DNA of 64,000 nt from Aulosira sp. ZfuVER01 (GTDB lineage: Bacteria; Cyanobacteriota; Cyanobacteriia; Cyanobacteriales; Nostocaceae): positions 1 through 64,000 of the forward strand of contig JAVRCV020000061.1 in the NCBI GenBank assembly GCA_034530615.2, read 5' to 3'. Made by a program: the position numbers and the translations under genes. The stretch's first letter is position 1. Each line of letters begins with the position of its first letter. The notes below the pieces were generated by a model. That model was not told where the DNA came from. It saw only the letters and a program-made list of their open reading frames with translations, and made no database searches. Below are positions 1 to 7,530 of the stretch, one piece after another.

Positions 1-77
1 TACACTCAACAAATTTGGGCTTTACCTCCTTAAGTTGACACCAATGAGCATTGCTGTACCCTTATTTCGTCGTAGTC

Positions 78-162
78 GTAGGGTGTGTTGTCGCGTAGCG
101 CAACGCACCGACGTATCATTAATCGTTGATGGTGCGTTAGCCTACGGCATAACACACCCTAC
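78..162. repeat. REP-like palindromic element (GTAGGG...CCCTAC), two inverted halves
   Basis: gtagggtgtgtt at 78 pairs with aacacaccctac ending 162; inner aacgcacc/ggtgcgtt inverted pair; 128-162 matches 62443-62477 (reverse complement) at 34/35 nt. Confidence 0.8.
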
Positions 163-170
163 AAAAATAT

Positions 171-454
171 ATTAATGAGGCTTTTTTCTTCATTAATGAG
201 GTTTCGAGGTTCATTAATGAGGTTCTGAGGCTCATTAATGAGGCTTTTTTGCTCGTGAGCGAGGCTTTTTTGCTCGTGAACGAGGCTTTTTTGCTCGTGA
301 ATGAAGCTTTTTTGCTCGTAAGCGAGGCTTTTTTGTTCGTTGACGAGGCTTTTTTGCTCATTAATGAGGCTTTTTTGCTCGTGAATGAGGCTTTTTTGCT
401 CGTTGACGAGTCTTTTTTGTTCATTAATGAGGTTGCGAGGCTCATTAACGAGTG
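171..454. repeat. Tandem array of 13 full 21-nt units (consensus NNNNNNgaggcttttttgctc) plus a partial unit
   Basis: Units start every 21 nt from 171 to 423; variation is concentrated in a 6-nt block (attaat, gtgagc, gtgaac, gtgaat, gtaagc, gttgac). Confidence 0.95.
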
Positions 455-506
455 TTAGGGGCTATTACCGACAGTATAATGGGCGAAATTGCCATATTTA
501 ATACTT

Positions 507-1832
507 ATGCTTAATAATCCTGACTTACTTACTGAACTCTACAACGCCTTTAACCCCTTTGAACCCTTACCCGCCGATGACACAAGGTATGTAGATTGTC
601 AGGATGTGCGCGGAGATGCGGATATTTTGCAAGAGTTGGGAAATCGGATGCGATTGGCAAACACTAATACCTGCCAATTATATTCTGGACATCGGGGGGC
701 GGGGAAATCTACAGAGCTACTCAAGTTAAAAAAGTATCTAGAAAATCGGCAATTCTATGTTGTGTATTTTGCGGCTGATGAAGAAGATATTGATTCCGAA
801 GATGCCCAATATACAGACATTCTCCTCGCCTGTACACGCCGCTTGCTGAAAGATTTAAAAGAAATTGCCAATCCTCGTCCTATACTCGACTGGTTAAAAA
901 GCCTGTGGGGAGAGTTGAAAGATTTAGCGCAGACTCCTATAGAGTTTGAGAAGCTAACAGTAGAAGCGCAAATTGCTCAGTTTGCCAAGCTAACAGCAAA
1001 TTTAAGAGCAGTTCCCCAGCTACGTCAACAGATTCGCCAAAGAATTGATCCTCACACAGTAACTTTAATTCTGGTGTTGAATGAATTTCTGACAGATGCC
1101 AAACAGAATTTACCTAATGGCTGCACTAAACTGGCGGTAATTGTCGATAATTTAGACCGGATGGTCTTAGTTAAAGACGGAGATAGCACTAACTATGAGG
1201 AAGTTTTTGTAGACCGCAGCGGACAACTCAAAGGTTTGGATTGCCATTTGATTTATACTGCGCCTATTTCCTTACTGTATTCTAAACGCGGCACAGATAT
1301 TCGCGATATCTATGGTGAATGCTTAATTTTACCGATGATTATGGTGAAAACTCTCGACGGAGAAGTTTATCAGCCGGGACTGAAGAAAGTTAAAGAAGTA
1401 ATTAGCAAGCGAGTTCGGCAAATTGCACCGGAGTTATCACTAGAAAAAGACATTTTTGATAGTCCTAACACTTTAGAAAGACTGTGTTTGATGAGTGGAG
1501 GTCATGTGAGGAATTTGCTATTGTTAACTCAAGATGCTATTGGACGTACTGAAGAGTTACCAATTACAGAAAATGCAGTGCGACGAGCAATTACTCAAGC
1601 TAGAGACACCTATCGCCGCACTGTAGAAAACTCGCAATGGAATTTGTTAGCTGAGGTATCTCGTTCTAAAAAGCTTCCTGGTGACGATTTGTATCGAAGT
1701 TTGATGTATAATCGCTGTCTTTTAGAATACAAATATTTTGATGATGAGGGAGAGATGCAGCGCTGGTATGATATTCATCCATTAATTCAAGGAATTGCCG
1801 AATTTAAAGAAGCTGTAGCGAAACTTCCATGA
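507..1832 (+). CDS. P-loop NTPase (AAA+/STAND/KAP-like ATP-binding protein)
   Basis: Walker A SGHRGAGKS, Walker B-like VIVDNLDR, SGGHVR motif, C-terminal WYDIHP; ATG at 507 preferred over the TTG at 489 in the ORF track. Confidence 0.85.
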   Translation: MLNNPDLLTELYNAFNPFEPLPADDTRYVDCQDVRGDADILQELGNRMRLANTNTCQLYSGHRGAGKSTELLKLKKYLENRQFYVVYFAADEEDIDSEDAQYTDILLACTRRLLKDLKEIANPRPILDWLKSLWGELKDLAQTPIEFEKLTVEAQIAQFAKLTANLRAVPQLRQQIRQRIDPHTVTLILVLNEFLTDAKQNLPNGCTKLAVIVDNLDRMVLVKDGDSTNYEEVFVDRSGQLKGLDCHLIYTAPISLLYSKRGTDIRDIYGECLILPMIMVKTLDGEVYQPGLKKVKEVISKRVRQIAPELSLEKDIFDSPNTLERLCLMSGGHVRNLLLLTQDAIGRTEELPITENAVRRAITQARDTYRRTVENSQWNLLAEVSRSKKLPGDDLYRSLMYNRCLLEYKYFDDEGEMQRWYDIHPLIQGIAEFKEAVAKLP

Positions 1833-4420
1833 ACCCAAATGTAGATAATTGGGACGATGATTTACCTCCAGAACCAGAAGCAGTTTATCAAGACTTAGTT
1901 CGCGCACTGAAGCGTAAATCTGGATTTGGCTTGTTTTTTGTGCAATGTACACCTGTGGAAGCAGACCGTTTAATTGCTAAACTTCCACAGGATATTCCCC
2001 AGAAAAAGATTGCAGTCTTGCGCTTAGTTGAAGCGATTGATAATTTATATGAGCGAGTGGCTGAGTTTATTAGAGATAAACAAATAGATATTTTATTAAT
2101 TAAAGGGTTGGAATACTCTTTATACAAATACGAAAAAAGAACTTTTGGTGAAATTACAGGAGGTAAATTTAGTGATTTAACTAGCGTACCTCATATTTTA
2201 AATCATCTCAATCAACAAAGAGAAAGATTTAGAGATGATTACCCTATCTGCTTTGTATTTCTTTTGCGGTCGTTTTCGATCAATTATTTAATCCACCGCT
2301 CCCCAGATTTTTTTGACTGGCGTTCAGGCATATTTGAAATTCCAACAACACCAGAAGTCGTAGAAGAAGAATCATCCCGTTTATTATTGGAAGGAGACTA
2401 TGAGGAATATTTAAAATACACCGCAGAACAAAAGATTGAAAGAATATTAGAAATTCAAGAACTGCTCACGGAAAAACATCAGACAGAAAGCCTTAGAGCT
2501 AAGTTACTTTTTAAACAGGGAAATTTGTTAGTCGCAGCTAACGAATATGAAGGAGCAATTGCCTCTTATGAAGAAGCTGTCAAAATCTTACCTGATTACT
2601 GCCGTGCTTGGTACAACAGAGGTATTGCATTGCAGAGTTTAGAACGCTACGAGGAAGCAAGTAACTCTTTTGACATAGCTGTGAAAATTCAAGAAGATTT
2701 CTATTTAGCTTGGAACAATCAAGGTGCTTTACTATGTGACCATATGCAACGATATGAAGACGCAATCAAAGCTTTGGAAAAAGCTGTGTGTATTCAACCA
2801 GAATTTTACGAAGCTTGGTACAACTTAGGTATTGCGCTGTTTAGATCGGGATGTTTTCTAGATGCAATTGCCAATTTAGATCAAGCTCTGAAAATTAAGC
2901 CCAATGATTACAAGGCTTGGTATGCGCGTAGGAATGCACTTCATGAATTAGATTTGCTGGAAGAAGCGATAGCTAATTACAACAAAGTCATTGAGTTAAA
3001 ACCTGAGTACACTGAAGTATCATCTCCTTCATCGAATTCGCTAGATCAATTGGTTGAAGATGAACCAACTAGCGAAAAAGACTTCCAAGAAAACTATACT
3101 TTTTCTTACAGACTAGAAAGTGTATTCTCGGGTGTAGTTGGCTATGAAGAGGAATTTCTTCCTTATGAAGAGGAATTTCTTCCTTATGAAGAGGAATTTC
3201 TTCTTGATGAAGAGGAATTTCTTCTTGATGATTTAGTTGCACAAACATTTTCTTTGCCAATCAAACAACTGCCACAATATTGGCAACAACGGCTGAATAG
3301 CGAGTATCCTCAACAAAGTATCGCAAACATAGATAGTATTAATCGCTGGCTTTTGGGAAGTGACTTCCAGCGGTTTGATTTTCTCAATCCTAAGGAAATT
3401 GAGATTGTCAAGCAAGCGATGGAATATCGTTACCAGATTTTACTGCAACGCTACTTGGGAATAGCACCAGAACGTGCTTATCGCAACCTAATAACTAGGC
3501 TGGCTAGTTTGATGACATTGCGGCATAAAATTCAGACTTGGGTTTCCCTCAGTCGCGATCGCCAGCGCAGTGTAATGGATGTATTACAAGAAATAATCCA
3601 TGAATTACTGCAAGGCGATAACTATGTCCAAGATCAAATGGCTTACATAACCCAAATTACAACCGATCGCCAACTGCGAGATGCTCTAATATTTGCCACT
3701 ATAGAAGAATATTGTTTACGTCCAATACGCAATCAACCCTTACTAGTTTACCGCTTTGTAAACTACCTACGTCGTACTCAACGTGGTGGCTTAACTCAAG
3801 TGCCCAATAGTGACTTAATTCGCTTAGTTTCTGACGAAATTCTCACAGAATATGAAGAAGTTATTACCAATAATGAAAGAGATTATGAGAATAATCGGGA
3901 AAATATTAACTTTGTTAAAACTCAAATATTGAGTGATTATCAATCTGAACAGGAAACATCAGAAGAAACAGCCCTACATCAAGCAGTACAAGAAGAATTT
4001 GAGATTTATTTACAAGAAAATCTCGGCAAAGAAGCAGTACAGTGGTTGCGGCTTTATCTCAATGGACAATCCCAGGATGAAATAGCCAAGATTTTGAATA
4101 AACCAATTAAAGAAGTGTATCGACTTCGTGAAAAAATTAGCTATCATGCTGTGCGTGTGTTTGCTCTGAAAGCTAAACCAGAACTAGTTGATAGCTGGTT
4201 GAACATTTCTTTACAAGAAAATAACTTAGGGCTAACACCAAGCCAATGGCAGCAACTTAATGCACAATTGACTTCTATCCAGCAGCAAATCCTTAAATTC
4301 AGGAAAGCAGGCAAAACAATAGAAGTGATAGCCCAAAAGTTAAACTTAAAAAATCATCAGATAATGGGTGAATGGACAAAAATCTATCTAACTGCTCAAG
4401 CTTTAAGAACTCAACAGTAA
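1829..4420 (+). CDS. Fusion protein: N-terminal ATPase-partner domain + TPR repeats + acidic linker + HetZ-related C-terminal domain
   Basis: ATGA overlap with the upstream ATPase; N-terminal LNQQRERF...PDFFDWRSG motif; about 5 TPRs (AWYNRGIAL, AWNNQGALL, AWYNLGIAL); the last ~385 aa (RWLLGSD, RYLG, EEYCLRPIRNQPLLVYRFVNYLRR, YRLREKISYHA) resemble HetZ-related proteins with sigma-like HTH regions. Confidence 0.75.
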   Translation: MNPNVDNWDDDLPPEPEAVYQDLVRALKRKSGFGLFFVQCTPVEADRLIAKLPQDIPQKKIAVLRLVEAIDNLYERVAEFIRDKQIDILLIKGLEYSLYKYEKRTFGEITGGKFSDLTSVPHILNHLNQQRERFRDDYPICFVFLLRSFSINYLIHRSPDFFDWRSGIFEIPTTPEVVEEESSRLLLEGDYEEYLKYTAEQKIERILEIQELLTEKHQTESLRAKLLFKQGNLLVAANEYEGAIASYEEAVKILPDYCRAWYNRGIALQSLERYEEASNSFDIAVKIQEDFYLAWNNQGALLCDHMQRYEDAIKALEKAVCIQPEFYEAWYNLGIALFRSGCFLDAIANLDQALKIKPNDYKAWYARRNALHELDLLEEAIANYNKVIELKPEYTEVSSPSSNSLDQLVEDEPTSEKDFQENYTFSYRLESVFSGVVGYEEEFLPYEEEFLPYEEEFLLDEEEFLLDDLVAQTFSLPIKQLPQYWQQRLNSEYPQQSIANIDSINRWLLGSDFQRFDFLNPKEIEIVKQAMEYRYQILLQRYLGIAPERAYRNLITRLASLMTLRHKIQTWVSLSRDRQRSVMDVLQEIIHELLQGDNYVQDQMAYITQITTDRQLRDALIFATIEEYCLRPIRNQPLLVYRFVNYLRRTQRGGLTQVPNSDLIRLVSDEILTEYEEVITNNERDYENNRENINFVKTQILSDYQSEQETSEETALHQAVQEEFEIYLQENLGKEAVQWLRLYLNGQSQDEIAKILNKPIKEVYRLREKISYHAVRVFALKAKPELVDSWLNISLQENNLGLTPSQWQQLNAQLTSIQQQILKFRKAGKTIEVIAQKLNLKNHQIMGEWTKIYLTAQALRTQQ
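3143..3226 (+). repeat. Intragenic 4 x 21-nt tandem repeat encoding (Y/D)EEEFL(P/L)
   Basis: tatgaagaggaatttcttcct x2, then tatgaagaggaatttcttctt and gatgaagaggaatttcttctt. Confidence 0.95.
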
Positions 4421-4486
4421 AATTAATAAATAAGTTGACTTATTAGCTAACACCCGCAGATTCATGCTAAAAAATTTAATTACGAA

Positions 4487-5059
4487 TTACTTTAAACTCC
4501 GATATTCCCAAGGATTGACAAACTTAGCATCACCCCAAATCCCACGCTTTTGTCGCTGCGCCTCGGCTTCAGCTTGTTGCACTAAATCTTTACTAGGACA
4601 CTTATTTAAATAAGGACGATACACCTTCGCCAGTCCTTCCCGAATTAAAACTTGTTGCACAAAAGTGCCATCTTTTAAGCGAACTTCTGCAACTTTTCTG
4701 CCATAGCGATCGCTATCGGTAATATTCAAAGTTACGCGATCGCCTCCCTGCTTAACCAATTCCTGCACCCGTTCTTGCGCTTTCGCACCCCAGGTAAATT
4801 GATTGCGATCGCTGGCGCGTTTACTTTGCTTTTCTTTATTGGTATGTGGGACTTCCGGTGCATCCATGCAAGCAAAGCGGACGCTGAATTTATCACCTTT
4901 GGAGTCTTTCACCGCTAGAGTATCACCATCGCTGACACGCTCCACCAAATCTCCAGAAGGAGCAAAAAAGGGAAGGCGATCGCATCCCATCAAACCTAGA
5001 ATAATAATTCCTGCACACAGCCAAATCAGTGCTTGTTTATTTATCTTCCGCATTCCCAT
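4487..5059 (-). CDS. Thermonuclease (SNase-like) family lipoprotein
   Basis: VSDGDTL, DAPE, DRYGRKVAEV, GLAKVY motifs; lipobox LMGC. Confidence 0.9.
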   Translation of the reverse strand: MGMRKINKQALIWLCAGIIILGLMGCDRLPFFAPSGDLVERVSDGDTLAVKDSKGDKFSVRFACMDAPEVPHTNKEKQSKRASDRNQFTWGAKAQERVQELVKQGGDRVTLNITDSDRYGRKVAEVRLKDGTFVQQVLIREGLAKVYRPYLNKCPSKDLVQQAEAEAQRQKRGIWGDAKFVNPWEYRSLK

Positions 5060-5177
5060 GCACCAAATTACCTCTGGAGGATGATACTAACAAAACACCG
5101 TACCATCTAGAGATATCCTTGGTTTTGCAGCATTAGTATAAGAAATGTAACCTTCCAATAGTCAGCAGGAATTTCCC

Positions 5178-5924
5178 ATGAACTTCTTGACTTACCTCAT
5201 GCATTTAGCAGGTTCGGGTGTTAGTGCTTATTACTCCGCCCTCCAAATTCGCGATTCCAAAACTCGCCCCGACATTCTCGCCAGATTTCAATTAGCAGAA
5301 TCTGGTTCCGTTCCGTTTCTCTCTACACTAAGCGATCGCGCCGCCGCGGAAGGCGATACTTGGTTAGCAGAAAAACTAGCAAAACATGCAGCAGACGAAA
5401 CAAGACACGGTAAGATTTTCGCCCAGGCCTTAAAACAACTAAATAAACAAGTCATAGATTTCAAGAGTCAACCGCCAAGCACATCCGAACGTAAATCACA
5501 GCAACAACGCAGTCCCTTCTTTGCCGCATTCTTTGAAGGCTACACTCCAGAACAGCTAAAACCTGCTGTGATTGACTGGGATGTATTTATGGCTAGCACC
5601 TACATTTTAGAATTAGATGCCAGTACAGACTTTGCCCGGATGGCTAATGTCCTACCTGATACAGATCCCAAGACTCGCAACCTGAAAATCGGGATGTTGA
5701 GTATTGCTCAAGATGAAACCGGTCATGCAGCTTATCTTTACGAAGCAATGACAAGGAGAATGTCTGTTAACCAAGTTCAAACATTAGTAGATGAGTGGCG
5801 TACTCGGAAAGTAAACGCCTTATTAGCAATGGTAGGTGGTATTCTTCAACGCAACGGCGAAGCTCGTTCTCTAGTCCAGGATGGTGCGCCATCAGAAACC
5901 GATTCTAAGTTGATAGTTGCTTAA
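5178..5924 (+). CDS. Ferritin-like (di-iron, four-helix bundle) domain protein
   Basis: Paired DExxH motifs (DETRH, DETGH), each preceded by a helix carrying a Glu. Confidence 0.75.
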   Translation: MNFLTYLMHLAGSGVSAYYSALQIRDSKTRPDILARFQLAESGSVPFLSTLSDRAAAEGDTWLAEKLAKHAADETRHGKIFAQALKQLNKQVIDFKSQPPSTSERKSQQQRSPFFAAFFEGYTPEQLKPAVIDWDVFMASTYILELDASTDFARMANVLPDTDPKTRNLKIGMLSIAQDETGHAAYLYEAMTRRMSVNQVQTLVDEWRTRKVNALLAMVGGILQRNGEARSLVQDGAPSETDSKLIVA

Positions 5925-5965
5925 ATTTTCTGTTGAAAATCAGGCAGAAGGCAGCCCCAATGAGA

Positions 5966-6140
5966 AAGTAGGGAAGCAGGGAGCAGGGGGGAAAAACGAG
6001 TGTGGGGAGTTTGGGGAGTTTGGGGAGTGTGGGGGATGAGGGAGAGAACAACAAATGACCAATGACAAATGACCAATGACTATAGCCTTTTGAATCTTGA
6101 CTTTTGACCCTTGCCCAATGCCCAATTCCCAATGACCATT
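5966..6140. repeat. Cluster of short tandem repeats (STRR-type 7-9 mers)
   Basis: ggggagttt 9-mers, aatgac(c/a/t) heptamers, cccaat(g/t) heptamers. Confidence 0.8.
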
Positions 6141-6177
6141 GCCTCTTGACTCAGCACTCTAGTTAGGTTCTAGTTAT

Positions 6178-6211
6178 GACAAAAGTCATGGCTTTACTCA
6201 TGACTTTTGTC
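6178..6211. promoter_or_regulatory. Perfect 13-bp inverted repeat, candidate transcription-factor operator
   Basis: gacaaaagtcatg-8 nt-catgacttttgtc; each arm is itself partly palindromic (atgac-N4-gtcat); no U-tract follows. Confidence 0.4.
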
Positions 6212-6502
6212 TGAATCAATTTTGTTAGAAAAGCGCTTTAATATTACTTGCATCTACCATTTGAAATTGAAGCTATTACTAACTAATAAGAGTTATAAAC
6301 AAATAGTAATTGTCAATTTGCTAGGTCAAATCTAAAGGTGCTATCTACTTATTCTTTCCACAACAATAGCTAAACAAAATCACAGCTATAGATAAGTTAA
6401 CCAGCAATTACTTTTACCGTTCCTTATGCTCTTAGAAGCTACTTGATAGTGGCTTCTTTTTCTTCCAATTCTAACAATAGATTACATCAAAGGATTGTCT
6501 TT

Positions 6503-6853
6503 ATGAAAAGGATTCTTTCATCTTGCTTATTAGGTGTTGTGCTAGCTTCTAGCGTTCTAGCAAAACCAGCCTCTGCTCAATTCCAAGGAAACTATAACGA
6601 CCATGAGCGACGTGAGTGGCGTGAACAACAATTAGAACGCGATCGCCAGCATAGATTGGATGAGCAGCGCGATCGCCAACATAGGTTGGAAGTTGAACGT
6701 CAACGGAGACTTCAGGAACAACGTGAACGTCAACGTCGGTTAGACATTGAGCGCCAACGGAGACTTCAGGAAGAACGCGAACGTCAACATCGGCTAGAAA
6801 TTGAACGTCAACATCGACTGGAGGAGCAACGCAACCATCGCGATCGCTATTAA
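6503..6853 (+). CDS. Small secreted E/R/Q-rich repeat protein
   Basis: ATG 6503 after aagga; Sec signal ending ASA-Q; seven RQ(H/R)RL motifs. Confidence 0.75.
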   Translation: MKRILSSCLLGVVLASSVLAKPASAQFQGNYNDHERREWREQQLERDRQHRLDEQRDRQHRLEVERQRRLQEQRERQRRLDIERQRRLQEERERQHRLEIERQHRLEEQRNHRDRY

Positions 6854-6887
6854 CAACTGTTAAGTAACATTTAAAATCTCAAATCAG

Positions 6888-6911
6888 GAGGAGGCTATAA
6901 ACCTCCTCTTT
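6888..6911 (+). terminator. Putative intrinsic terminator
   Basis: gaggagg-7 nt-cctcctc followed by ttt, 35 nt after the 6853 stop. Confidence 0.55.
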
Positions 6912-7081
6912 GTGTATTCTTCAACAGCATCAAAGTATTGCGATCGCAAGTATCAAATCCTTAACCTAGGGTTAATTTTCACTGCTGAGGATTCCACCTA
7001 TAAGTTTGTGTATTTTCCCTGACGGCAAATGTAGTTTGTAAAGTTAATATTTTGGTGAATATTTAATATTAAAAATATAAG

Positions 7082-7513
7082 ATGGAACTACCGACTCTCT
7101 TAATTCTTTGTACTGGTAATTCCTGTCGTAGCCAAATGGCAGAAGGGTTTTTAAGGGAATTAGCTGATGATTTATTCACAACCCAAAGTGCAGGAATGAA
7201 TCCAGCCAAAGAGGTGCATCCTTTAGCTATTAAGGTAATGCAAGAGATAGGCATAGACATCTCTACAAACTCTTGTAAGCATATCAACCAGTTTCTTGAC
7301 CAGAAAGTTGATACGGTAATTACAGTGTGCGATCATGCAGATCAAAGTTGCCCTACATTGCCCTCATCGATTAAACGTCATCATTTTAGTTTTCCCGATC
7401 CAGCTGAAGCCATAGGAACTGAAACAGAAAAGCTGCAAGTATTCCGTCAAGTTCGTGATGATATTAGTAGATTGCTTTTGGCGTATGTAGCAGGGAGACG
7501 TGATGCTCTCTAA
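7082..7513 (+). CDS. arsC: Arsenate reductase, LMW-PTP fold, thioredoxin-type
   Basis: P-loop CTGNSCRSQMAEG; resolving Cys pair VITVCDHADQSCP; DPA motif. Confidence 0.85.
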   Translation: MELPTLLILCTGNSCRSQMAEGFLRELADDLFTTQSAGMNPAKEVHPLAIKVMQEIGIDISTNSCKHINQFLDQKVDTVITVCDHADQSCPTLPSSIKRHHFSFPDPAEAIGTETEKLQVFRQVRDDISRLLLAYVAGRRDAL

Positions 7514-7530
7514 TTCTCTTGGCAGGAGTT

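Noticed and set aside
171..454. CRISPR array
   Set aside because: Units are contiguous 21-mers with only about 6 variable nt; no unique 30-40 nt spacers and no cas genes in the window.
137..458. ORFs 137..445(-) and 249..458(+) as genes
   Set aside because: They are open only because the stop-free 21-nt unit repeats; no RBS or other support. Kept only as a hypothesis in the findings.
5905..6132. ORFs 5905..6132 and 5940..6125
   Set aside because: Translations of STRR tracts (MGIGH, LPKLP patterns).
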